Source of the DNA: Calditrichia bacterium
Lineage (GTDB): Bacteria > Calditrichota > Calditrichia > RBG-13-44-9 > J075
Assembly: GCA_965227145.1 (NCBI GenBank)
Contig: OZ245730.1
Coordinates: 2,467,374 to 2,531,373, forward strand
Direction of reading: 5' to 3'
DNA: 64,000 nucleotides
In this document: positions 17,781-27,075 of the stretch, in pieces
How positions within the stretch are numbered: position 1 is the stretch's first letter
Layout: each line of letters starts with the position of its first letter
Notes under the pieces: model-generated
Seen by the model: the letters and a program-made list of their open reading frames with translations, nothing else
Told to the model about the DNA's origin: nothing
The model's database searches: none
Made by a program: the position numbers and the translations under genes

Positions 17781-19466
17781 CTATTCTGATTCAAAAAATT
17801 GCTGTATTTCGTCATCCAAACCGAGGTATTCCCAACGCAACAGCGCGATCGGGACGTTCCCATTGAGCATCAGGTAATCGTGGAATTTGCGCAGCTCAAA
17901 ATTCTCTTTTTTGAGAATTTTTGCATCGCTTAATAGTTTGATTATTTGCAACTTACCAATCTGATATGTAATTGCCTGTCCGGGATTATATGCAAAAAAT
18001 CCGGCTTCCTGCACCGCGGTTGCCATATCCATCGGAACGGTTTTCGCGAGATATTCGCCGGCTTGCAGAATAGAAAAAGTGCCCAAAGCCAGCCGGATAT
18101 CAACCTCAACCCGCAGTGCCCGCAGGCGCATAAAATTGTAGATAATTTCACGGGTTTTCGGGCGATCGTCAAATAATCCGAATTGGTGCATCATTTCTTC
18201 GACATAAAATCCGATGCCTTCGTTTGCGCCGGAATCGATATACGCCCGGCGGATCGGGCGGGGATTTTTCCACGAAATCGCCATTTGGAAATAGTGTCCC
18301 GGAACGCCTTCGTGAACAATCAGCGGACGCGGATCAATCGCACGGGACAAATTAAAATAGGACAAATCGCGACTCGGTTCGGGAATGTAGCTGATGCCGT
18401 TTTCATCCAACCGCGTTTCCGAAGTGAGGTCGTCGACAACGCCCATGTTGGTAAACGGTGCGAGATATTCCGGCACCGGACGGTTGAGATAATGCTGCAG
18501 CCAATCCGGCACACTCATGATATTTTTGGATTCCATAAAATCACGGATCGCCTGCTCATCTTTTTTAGCCTGCTCAATTTGCGATTCGGTACCCGGAAAA
18601 ATAGGCGGTTCCGGCAACGCTGAATTGCGCAATTTTTCGAACGTTTCGAAAGCGACTGAGCGCTGCCATTCCTGTTGACCCTGTGCCAACAGCGTCTCGG
18701 GCGAGTAGGGGATGAGGGCAACATTTTTCAGAAAATAAACATAGTTTTCGCGCCCAACGCTGAATTTGTCGCTCATTTTCAACCGGTTTTTTTTCAGCCA
18801 ACTGGTGTAACTGAGCAATGCGGCGGCGGCGTTGTCGGTCGCTTTCAATAATTTTGAGCGATATTTATTTGAGGTGATGTCACTGAGTTTTGTGAATAAT
18901 ACATCCATTTTTGTCATCACATCGCCGATGTTATCCAACGCTATTTCAGCAAATGGACGGACGCCCTCGGTGAGGTTCGTTTTTGCGGCTTCCACCGTTT
19001 TGTGAAAACTGTTGAGCCGGATAATAATTTCGTTGACACGTTCGTCCGTCATGGGAGAGCTGATCAGCAGCAACTCGAAAACCGATCCCAGCGTTTGGTG
19101 AACATAAAAATCGGGATTCCGGTGCGGTTGCCGCAACACGTTCAATTCCCAATTGACCCGTTCGATCATCGCGCTGAGGCAGAGAAAATCCACGCTGTCT
19201 TCGCGTGTCCATCCGGTTTTCGGTAGCTCATCCAGTTTTTTGCGAAATTCGCTGTATTTCCCGCGATTGTTTTCCAACGCAGCCGGGGAGAAATCCGGCG
19301 TCCATCCGGCGGGGCGTTCAACCCGTGGAATATCGTCGCCTGCAACCGGCTGTGTGACTAATCGCCAATCGCGAAAGTCCTCATAAAGTTTTAATAAATC
19401 CGGGTTTGTTTGTGCAAAAATATTCGCAGAAATGAACAACAAAAAAATCCAGATTAAAAATCGCAT
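17781..19466 (-). CDS. DUF885-family secreted protein (probable zinc metallopeptidase)
   Basis: Signal peptide after MRFLIW (RBS GAGGGG); HEGVPGHYFQ, NEGIGFYVE, PGQAITYQIG and G.VP..LL motifs of DUF885. Confidence 0.85.
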   Translation of the reverse strand: MRFLIWIFLLFISANIFAQTNPDLLKLYEDFRDWRLVTQPVAGDDIPRVERPAGWTPDFSPAALENNRGKYSEFRKKLDELPKTGWTREDSVDFLCLSAMIERVNWELNVLRQPHRNPDFYVHQTLGSVFELLLISSPMTDERVNEIIIRLNSFHKTVEAAKTNLTEGVRPFAEIALDNIGDVMTKMDVLFTKLSDITSNKYRSKLLKATDNAAAALLSYTSWLKKNRLKMSDKFSVGRENYVYFLKNVALIPYSPETLLAQGQQEWQRSVAFETFEKLRNSALPEPPIFPGTESQIEQAKKDEQAIRDFMESKNIMSVPDWLQHYLNRPVPEYLAPFTNMGVVDDLTSETRLDENGISYIPEPSRDLSYFNLSRAIDPRPLIVHEGVPGHYFQMAISWKNPRPIRRAYIDSGANEGIGFYVEEMMHQFGLFDDRPKTREIIYNFMRLRALRVEVDIRLALGTFSILQAGEYLAKTVPMDMATAVQEAGFFAYNPGQAITYQIGKLQIIKLLSDAKILKKENFELRKFHDYLMLNGNVPIALLRWEYLGLDDEIQQFFESE

Positions 19467-19532
19467 AATTCCCCTCAAAAAATTTACGGTGTTGCGCAAT
19501 AGCAGAAAAATTGTGGTAATTGATTACATCAA

Positions 19533-19577
19533 AAACCGGAGTTTGACATGAGCATTTTTTCAGTCAAACTCCGGTTT
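19533..19577 (-). terminator. Intrinsic terminator after nagB
   Basis: 15-bp perfect inverted repeat AAACCGGAGTTTGAC / GTCAAACTCCGGTTT, followed by a T tract on the minus strand. Confidence 0.7.
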
Positions 19578-19651
19578 AATGTATTTCCAACTCAACTTAT
19601 GATATTCGATTGAATTATCCAACCCGGCATTGATGATGCGCGGAAAAAATA

Positions 19652-22006
19652 TCAGCGGTTTTCAACAGCGCGCATGAGTTCGCGGCTGCTGGCGTAAAAT
19701 TCCGGCAAATCCATTTCTTTGATGAACACCAAACCACGGGTTGCCCGGATAAGCGGGCTGGCGTTTTCGTAAAACCATTCGCGCCCGAGGCAAATTTTCA
19801 TCTTTTGGTATTGCTCAACCTGGATGCGCTGTGCCAGCTCAGAGAACGGACCGTCGTGCTCATAACTGGGGAAGGAAGCCGCTTTTTGCGAGCTGAACGA
19901 ATTCAAAAATGAGGTTTGCATCACAGCAAACATGTTCAGCGAAACCGGCACAAAAATATTCGCTTCCGACGGGTGAAACCGATACCAGACGTTGCGATAT
20001 CCCCACACTTTGATATCCGATCGACCGGAGCTTTTTTCATATTTTTTCAACGCTTCGGTAACGGCTTGCAGCACTTTGTAATGGGTGTCCGGGCCGCTGG
20101 CTTCCGGGTCGAACGCCACGGTCACGATATCCGGGTTTACTTCTTCCAGCAACCGGACAATCGGCACCACATCGCGCTCGATGGTCGGCTCCTCTGTAAA
20201 AATATCGCCGGTGTAAAACCCGAGCCGCAGGTGCTTCACATAATCGCAATTCCAGCCGAAATAGCCCCACAAACATTCCGCTTCCCATTCGCGGCTCATT
20301 GCTTTCAGGCTTTGGATATGCGGCAAATCTTTTTTTCCGGGATACTCGGTTTTGAAATAATGCATCAATTCGGAGATGCGATTTTTGATGCCTTTGAGAT
20401 CATCTTCATCATAAACTTCGATGAGATTGCGGAGCAGCCGCCGGGCTTCGCCCTCATTTTTGATGGTGCGGCTTTTCATCGCCACGCCGTCGAGGTATTG
20501 CCAAACATCGCGATTGCGTCCGTTGAGATTATCTTTCGCGAAATAACCGGTGTCGTGCAACCCCTCAAATTCTGGTGAATCGAGCACTTCCAGCAATTTT
20601 TCCAACTGCCCGATCATAAATTGATTGGACACGGAAGTAAACCCACCGGTGAAACAACTGAAATAATGGGTGTTGCTGGCATCGCGAATGTGACGCACCA
20701 CATGCGGCAAATAGCCGAGCATGATATCGTCGTGATGCGGCTCGGTGTGTAAAAAGCGTTTGTTGCTGTGTTTCGAAATACCGCATTCCAGTTTGGTCAT
20801 CAAATCATCGCGGACAGCTTGAAGGGTATCTTTCAAATTTCCGCTGTTTTTTTTGAGCATCACTTTGCCGAGCATGTCTTCACGAAAATCCGACGGGCTG
20901 AGCGCGGTAATCGATTTGCGGGCGTTCACCGCTGTGTCCACCACAATTTTTTCGATAGTTTCCGACGCCAGCGGATCTTCCATTTCGATGAGCGCTTTCT
21001 GACGCTCTTTCATCAGTTTTGCGGCGCCGCGTGTGATGTAAAATCGGGCGTTCGCCAATTGTTGCAACACCGTTGCGGGATACAGAATGTTCGGCGGATT
21101 TTCAATCGCATCGCGGATAACCGACGCTTTTGCTTCACCTGCGGCGATAATGATAGCCACACATTGCGGGTTGTACGCGATGGTTCCTAAACCGATGGTG
21201 ATCACCAGCCGGTTGCGGGAAATCTCGATGCCACCGAGATCCGTCGCCGCCGAAGCTTGCGTTTCGTAGTTGGTCGGCGTCAGCCGGGTTGTCGAATAAT
21301 GATCCGATCCGCTGACATTGAAGCCGATGTGCCCGTCCGGGCCGATCCCGCCGAGGAAGAAACCGATCCCGCCCATTCCGCGAATGATCTCCTCATATTC
21401 CTGGCACCATTGATCGATGCGTGCCAGCATATCGCGCTGGCGGCGTTCTTCGCGGGTTTTGCCGTAGCGGTAGCGCAGCGAGAGGTCAACGGTGTGGTTT
21501 GGCCAGACATCGGACAGCGATTCGCCGGGCTCCAGCCCGATTTTTTCGCAATTAATCAGCATCGCACGATCGCGTGAAAGCCCGAAACTCTCGATATAAA
21601 ATTGCCTGATATACGCGTAAAAACTGTTGTGCTGTTTGGGATTGATCGGATAAAACTCATCGATTTGAACAAATCGCAGCCCGTTCATTTCCGGTTTTTT
21701 GGCGGGATTCAATCCGCTTTCTTCCAGAAATTTGCGCATTTCCGGGTTTTCCCAATTGCGTTGAATATGGGTGACCCATTTGATAAAATGCTCGGGTGTT
21801 TTTCCGGTTGGCAGCGAAATTACGCCTTCGGGATTTTGCTGAACCCATTCCAGAAATCGCATCGCAGCCAGTTTTCCGAGCGCCGGAAAATTGTCAACGA
21901 TGATCGTCGGAATTCGCTCCGTTACCGGGTTAAAATCTTTAAACAATGATTTTTGCAGTGCGGCGTTTTCCACAGGGCTTAACGTCACACGATCTTTGCG
22001 TGGCAT
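19652..22006 (-). CDS. nagB: Glucosamine-6-phosphate deaminase fused to a PIG-L/LmbE-family deacetylase domain
   Basis: NagB motifs SLPTGKTP, DEFY, GGIGPDGHIGFN; PIG-L motifs TEPHHDD and GPDTH. Confidence 0.88.
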   Translation of the reverse strand: MPRKDRVTLSPVENAALQKSLFKDFNPVTERIPTIIVDNFPALGKLAAMRFLEWVQQNPEGVISLPTGKTPEHFIKWVTHIQRNWENPEMRKFLEESGLNPAKKPEMNGLRFVQIDEFYPINPKQHNSFYAYIRQFYIESFGLSRDRAMLINCEKIGLEPGESLSDVWPNHTVDLSLRYRYGKTREERRQRDMLARIDQWCQEYEEIIRGMGGIGFFLGGIGPDGHIGFNVSGSDHYSTTRLTPTNYETQASAATDLGGIEISRNRLVITIGLGTIAYNPQCVAIIIAAGEAKASVIRDAIENPPNILYPATVLQQLANARFYITRGAAKLMKERQKALIEMEDPLASETIEKIVVDTAVNARKSITALSPSDFREDMLGKVMLKKNSGNLKDTLQAVRDDLMTKLECGISKHSNKRFLHTEPHHDDIMLGYLPHVVRHIRDASNTHYFSCFTGGFTSVSNQFMIGQLEKLLEVLDSPEFEGLHDTGYFAKDNLNGRNRDVWQYLDGVAMKSRTIKNEGEARRLLRNLIEVYDEDDLKGIKNRISELMHYFKTEYPGKKDLPHIQSLKAMSREWEAECLWGYFGWNCDYVKHLRLGFYTGDIFTEEPTIERDVVPIVRLLEEVNPDIVTVAFDPEASGPDTHYKVLQAVTEALKKYEKSSGRSDIKVWGYRNVWYRFHPSEANIFVPVSLNMFAVMQTSFLNSFSSQKAASFPSYEHDGPFSELAQRIQVEQYQKMKICLGREWFYENASPLIRATRGLVFIKEMDLPEFYASSRELMRAVENR

Positions 22007-22055
22007 GATAAACTCACTCTTTTTTGTTTTAATAAATAGTCATCTAAACATCAAA

Positions 22056-22976
22056 CTATACTGAAGTTATCTCCAATGCTTTTCGGACAAAACCGTTGCT
22101 TTGAACCAACCGTTGCCGGGCGGTTTCGGCATCCACATCAGCAAGAATCATCACCAATGCCGTTTTGACATGCCCTTTCGCTTTCGCCAATACAGTAACG
22201 GCGGTTTCGTAATCGACGCCGGTAACCATCATCACCGTACGTTTGGAACGCTCTTCCAGTTTGCGGGAAGTCATCATCAAATCGACCATCATATTGCCGA
22301 ATACTTTTCCCATGCGAATCATCGATGCGGTGGTGAGCATGTTCAGCACCAATTTGGTGGCGGTGCCGGCTTTCATCCGGGTGGAACCCATCACCACTTC
22401 CGGCCCGACAACCACACAAATGGCGATATCCACCGGAAAGGTAATTCGTTCGCGCGGGTTGCAGGTGACAAAAAGGGTTTTCGCGCCCATTTCGTGGGCT
22501 TTTTCCAACGCACCGAGCACATACGGCGTACGGTAGCTGGCGGCAATGCCGCAGAGCACATCGTTTTCGGTGAATCCGCGGGCGAGCAAATCTTTTTGCC
22601 CCTGCTCATGTTTATCCTCGCTGCCTTCCTGCGCGCTGATCAACGCTTTTTCGCCACCGGCGATAATGCCCTGAACCATTTCCGGCGATGTGCCAAAAGT
22701 AGGTGGGCATTCTGCCGCATCGAGCACGCCCAGCCGTCCGCTGGTTCCCGCGCCGATATAAAATAAACGCCCGTTATTTTTGAACGTTTCGACGAGCAAA
22801 TCCACCGCTTTCGCGATATAGGGAATTTCCTGCTCAACGATTCCGGGAATTTTTTGATCTTCTGTATTGATAATCCTGAGGATTTCCTCGGTTGTCTTGC
22901 TGTCAATTTCTTCCGATGCGGGGTTTCTTGCCTCCGTCACAAGATTTTCAATTTCTTTAAAAACACCATCTTGCAT
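22056..22976 (-). CDS. murQ: N-acetylmuramic acid 6-phosphate etherase
   Basis: TEARNP, GAGTSGRLGVLDAAECPPTF, GPEVVMGSTRMKAGTATKLVLNM, VFGNMMVD. Confidence 0.96.
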   Translation of the reverse strand: MQDGVFKEIENLVTEARNPASEEIDSKTTEEILRIINTEDQKIPGIVEQEIPYIAKAVDLLVETFKNNGRLFYIGAGTSGRLGVLDAAECPPTFGTSPEMVQGIIAGGEKALISAQEGSEDKHEQGQKDLLARGFTENDVLCGIAASYRTPYVLGALEKAHEMGAKTLFVTCNPRERITFPVDIAICVVVGPEVVMGSTRMKAGTATKLVLNMLTTASMIRMGKVFGNMMVDLMMTSRKLEERSKRTVMMVTGVDYETAVTVLAKAKGHVKTALVMILADVDAETARQRLVQSNGFVRKALEITSV

Positions 22977-22978
22977 GC

Positions 22979-23821
22979 TTATCTCTCCTGATGTGAATCG
23001 CGCTGGTAGAGTATTGGGTTCAGCGCTGTTTGTATGGTTTCACCTTGCTGAACGCCCGGGCAAAACGCATCGCGATCCAACGCCTGATTTTCATTTTCGG
23101 GTGCCTTTAGCTGCATATCAATGTCCATATAAATGATGGTCATTACTTTACGCGGATTTGGCGTTGTGTTCGGTCCGGCCCGGTGGAACGTCCAGCCATA
23201 GTGAAAACTTACTTCACCCGGATCGAAAGATTCCTGAATATATTCAAATTGTTGTTTTTTCAGTGCTTCGGCAATTTCTTTCTCGCTTTCATCGCTGATT
23301 TTGAAATTGCGTCCGCCGGAGAAGGTGTGGCTTTTGGCGGAGAATGCCAACGGCCCCATATCTAATGAGGTGCGCTGCAACGGAATCCAGACCGTGCAAC
23401 ATTTTTCGGTAGCCAACGGCCAATAATATTGATCGGCGTGCCACGGCGTAAATCCGCCGCCGGGTTCTTTATATAACGCCTGATCGTGATATAGCCGGAC
23501 ACCGCGGGTGCCCAACAGCTCGGCAGCAATGCCGGCCAACCGTTTGCTGAACACAAACGATTTCACAATGTCGCTGTGCTGCCACAGATTGGTAACCTGC
23601 AAAAACGCCTGCTGATAGGTATCCCGTTCTGCCATCGGTTTTTCGTGAAGATTGTTCAGTTCGAATACCTTTTTGGTAATTTCCCGGGCGTAAGTATCCA
23701 GATCAAACGGTGAAAGCACATCGCGAATTTTGATAAAACCGTTGCTCCGGAAAAACTCAATTTGTTTTTCGGAAAGCGGAAACGGTTCGTTTAATTCCCA
23801 ATGATTTGAAATGTCTGACAT
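22979..23821 (-). CDS. Fe(II)/2-oxoglutarate dioxygenase, PhyH family
   Basis: F..NGFI; TPWHAD (HxD); TVWIPL; FHRAGPN.T..PR (distal His and 2OG-binding Arg). Confidence 0.88.
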   Translation of the reverse strand: MSDISNHWELNEPFPLSEKQIEFFRSNGFIKIRDVLSPFDLDTYAREITKKVFELNNLHEKPMAERDTYQQAFLQVTNLWQHSDIVKSFVFSKRLAGIAAELLGTRGVRLYHDQALYKEPGGGFTPWHADQYYWPLATEKCCTVWIPLQRTSLDMGPLAFSAKSHTFSGGRNFKISDESEKEIAEALKKQQFEYIQESFDPGEVSFHYGWTFHRAGPNTTPNPRKVMTIIYMDIDMQLKAPENENQALDRDAFCPGVQQGETIQTALNPILYQRDSHQER

Positions 23822-23837
23822 TGTACATCCAATAGTT

Positions 23838-25586
23838 TTATTTTAATGCTTCCCAATTTCTGGCGCTTAAATCCCACATGATAAAACCGAAACCGAGTGC
23901 AGCAATCAGCAGCAATCCCAGACCCATTAGCGTTTCGCCGAGCAACAATTTACCGAAACCGAACAGCGCGGAATAAATCATGATGATACCGGCGAGCCAG
24001 TCGAGCAAATCGCGACCCAATCCGGTATCCGCTTTCACATCCGGCGCTTTCGCTGCGATGGGTTTCCACATGCTGCCGCCGGGACGTGTTTTGCGATAAA
24101 ATTTGATCAGCGTTTCCTCGGTTTCCGGCGCGGTTAAAAATGTAACCGTCAGCCAGGTTATTGTGCTGATGCCAACCGTAATCAACATGACCATTGCAAA
24201 ACCGTGGGCATCGTTGGTATCCATCCCCAAAACGCTTTGCAACACAATCGAAACAATCAGAGATGCGAGCATCGCCGAAATTTCCGACCATGCGTTAATT
24301 CGCCACCAAAACCAGCGCAAAATATAAACCGATCCGGTGCCCGCGCCGATCGCCAGCAAAAATTTCCACGCGCCGGCGATGGTCTCCATTTGGGAAGTAA
24401 TGAGTGCGCCGGCGATCACCAAAAACACGGTGGAAATTCGAGCGGCCATAACATAATGTTTTTCGGACGCATCCGTTTTTACAAACCGTTTGTAAAAATC
24501 GTTGATCAAATATGAACTGCCCCAGTTGAGCTGAGTGCTGACAGTGGACATAAACGCCGCTGCAAAAGAGGCGAGCATCAGCCCTTTGAAACCGGTCGGC
24601 AGATAATTGAGCATCACCAAAATGTAGCCGGTTTGTTTGTCTTCGACATTCGGAAAAAGCACCAAACTGGTCAGCGCAACCAGCACCCACGGCCACGGGC
24701 GCAACGCATAATGCGCAATATTGAACCATAGCGTCGCCAGCAGCGAATGGCGTTCGTTTTTGGTGGCGAACATCCGTTGGGCAATGTAACCGCCGCCGCC
24801 CGGTTCCGCCCCGGGATACCAGGCTGCCCACCAGTTCACCGCCAGATACACAAAAAATGCGGTCAACGGCATCCAGACAGATCCGATTTCCGGCGTAAAA
24901 TTGAGAATTTGATGATCCGCACCGTATTGGGCAATCAGCCCTGTTTTTAGCCCGTCGATGCCGCCAACGGCATCAACAGCAAAAAACGCCAGCGCAATCG
25001 AGCCAACCATCGCGATGATAAATTGCAGAAAATCGGTGACGACCACGCCCCACAATCCGCTGAGTCCGCTGTATAATAATGTTACCAAAACGCAAATCCC
25101 GACCGCAACCCATTTGTCCACACCGATAGATAATTCGATAATTTTGACCATCGCCAGCGTTACCCAACCGAGAATAATCAGGTTGATCGGAATTGCGAGA
25201 TAGAGCGCCCGGAATCCGCGCAAAATGGCCGCCGGTTTGCCGGAATAACGGATTTCGGTGAACTCGACATCGGTGAGCACCTCCGCCCGTCGCCACAACC
25301 GCGCAAACAGGAAAACGGTGAGCAAACCGCTCATCAACATGTTCCACCAGAGCCAGTTCCCGGCGATGCCGTGATTGGCTACCAGTTCGGTTACCGCCAG
25401 CGGCGTATCTGCAGCGAACGTGGTTGCAACCATGCTGGTGCCGGCCAGCCACCACGGCAGGCTGCGCCCGGATGTAAAATATTCCACAATATCGCCACCG
25501 GCTTTGCGGGAAAAATAAAGCCCGATGCCCAGTGCCAGCACAAAATAAACCGCGACAAATGTCCAGTCCAGAAAACTAACTTGCAT
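23838..25586 (-). CDS. Sodium:solute symporter (SLC5 family)
   Basis: YFTSGRSLPWW, SMVATTFAADT, AQRMFAT, AAFMST..QLNWGSSY motifs; multi-TM. Start placed at MQVSFLD, overlapping the upstream stop. Confidence 0.9.
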   Translation of the reverse strand: MQVSFLDWTFVAVYFVLALGIGLYFSRKAGGDIVEYFTSGRSLPWWLAGTSMVATTFAADTPLAVTELVANHGIAGNWLWWNMLMSGLLTVFLFARLWRRAEVLTDVEFTEIRYSGKPAAILRGFRALYLAIPINLIILGWVTLAMVKIIELSIGVDKWVAVGICVLVTLLYSGLSGLWGVVVTDFLQFIIAMVGSIALAFFAVDAVGGIDGLKTGLIAQYGADHQILNFTPEIGSVWMPLTAFFVYLAVNWWAAWYPGAEPGGGGYIAQRMFATKNERHSLLATLWFNIAHYALRPWPWVLVALTSLVLFPNVEDKQTGYILVMLNYLPTGFKGLMLASFAAAFMSTVSTQLNWGSSYLINDFYKRFVKTDASEKHYVMAARISTVFLVIAGALITSQMETIAGAWKFLLAIGAGTGSVYILRWFWWRINAWSEISAMLASLIVSIVLQSVLGMDTNDAHGFAMVMLITVGISTITWLTVTFLTAPETEETLIKFYRKTRPGGSMWKPIAAKAPDVKADTGLGRDLLDWLAGIIMIYSALFGFGKLLLGETLMGLGLLLIAALGFGFIMWDLSARNWEALK

Positions 25587-27075
25587 CGGCGCCTCCGCGT
25601 AGTGCGTTCGAGATGATGCCAACCACAATAGTGGTCAGGCTGCCGACAACCGTATATAGCGGCCAGGCGATTTGAACCATTTGGATCACGATCGTCATCA
25701 CGATCAGCGCAACGATAAACCCGACGATCGCATCCGTTTCTTTTGCTTTCGCATACACCAGTCCGAGCAGAAAAGTGCCGAGCAGACCGCCGTATGTATA
25801 TGATGCAATACCGAGCGCTACTTCAACGACTGTGCCTTCCAGTCCGATAAAAAGAATGGCAACGCCAACCAAAATCACGCCCCAGATTATTGTCGCCAAT
25901 CGGGACGTTTTGAGTTGCTGCGCCTCTGTTTTGTCCTTTCCGAACAGCGGCAAATAAATATCGAGCACCGCCGCGCTGGACAAGCTGGAAAGGCTGCTGG
26001 AGAGCGTGCTCATCGCCGCGGCAAACAGCGCAGCGACAATCAACCCGCTGATGCCGGGAGGCATTTCTTCCACAATAAATTTGGGAAAAATACCGTCCGA
26101 GCGACTGAGTCCGAGTTCCTGAATACTGGCACCGTTGTAAAACGCAAACAGCATCACACCGATGATCAGGAAAACCAGAAATTGGAGCAATACGGTAAAA
26201 CCGCTGCCGATCATCGCTTTTTTGCTATCCGCGAGATTGCGGCAAGTGAGCACTCGCTGAACAATCAACTGATCGGTTCCGTGCGAAGCCAGACTGAAAA
26301 TTGCGCCGCCGGCAACCGCCGTCAGAAATGTGTAGGAGTTTTTGATGAAATCGGAGAAGCTGAGTTCGAAACCACTGTAAAACCACTGGAATTTGTTGTC
26401 GGGTGCGGCGGCGGCGATAACATCTGAAAATCCGTTGGGTAATTTGTTGAGCATCATCCAACCGGCTAAAATGGCGCCACCCATATAAATTAACCACTGA
26501 ATCATGTCCATCCAAATGACAGATTTAATACCGCCGATATAGGTGTAAACCATTGTCAGCACACCCACCGCGATAATCGCATAAATATAAAATGCCGTGT
26601 TGCTCATTCCGCTGAAAGTGCCGCTGCTTTTCATGATAATTGCCAGCGGAATTGCCGTTGCAAACAGCCGGACGCCGTCGGCTAACAGTCGGGTAATCAT
26701 GAATGTGACGCTGGCGGTGTTGCGCATCCGTTGCCCAAAACGATCGCCCAAAAAGTGATACGCCGTACTCAAATCGCCGCGATAATACGCCGGCAGCAGA
26801 ATCACGGAAACCAGCCCGCGCCCGACCACATAGCCGAACACCAATTGCAGAAACGTCATATTTCCGCCGTAACTCACAGCCGGAATGCCGATAAACGTGA
26901 GCACGCTGGTTTCGGTCGCGACGATGCTGAACATCACTGCGTACCACGGGATCGATCTGCCGCCCAAAAAATAATCGTTGGCAGATTTCTGGTTTCGTCC
27001 GATGTATGCGCCGAATGCCGCAGATGCCGCCATGTAAACAACAACTATAATGATATCAATTGTGGTAAATCCCAT
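25576..27075 (-). CDS. Sodium:solute symporter (SLC5, NIS-like subgroup); candidate MurNAc/amino-sugar importer
   Basis: DYFLGGRSIP, SIVATETS, GTDQLIVQRVL, AAMSTLSSSL; TAATG coupling to the GH3 gene. Confidence 0.9.
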   Translation of the reverse strand: MGFTTIDIIIVVVYMAASAAFGAYIGRNQKSANDYFLGGRSIPWYAVMFSIVATETSVLTFIGIPAVSYGGNMTFLQLVFGYVVGRGLVSVILLPAYYRGDLSTAYHFLGDRFGQRMRNTASVTFMITRLLADGVRLFATAIPLAIIMKSSGTFSGMSNTAFYIYAIIAVGVLTMVYTYIGGIKSVIWMDMIQWLIYMGGAILAGWMMLNKLPNGFSDVIAAAAPDNKFQWFYSGFELSFSDFIKNSYTFLTAVAGGAIFSLASHGTDQLIVQRVLTCRNLADSKKAMIGSGFTVLLQFLVFLIIGVMLFAFYNGASIQELGLSRSDGIFPKFIVEEMPPGISGLIVAALFAAAMSTLSSSLSSLSSAAVLDIYLPLFGKDKTEAQQLKTSRLATIIWGVILVGVAILFIGLEGTVVEVALGIASYTYGGLLGTFLLGLVYAKAKETDAIVGFIVALIVMTIVIQMVQIAWPLYTVVGSLTTIVVGIISNALRGGADAS

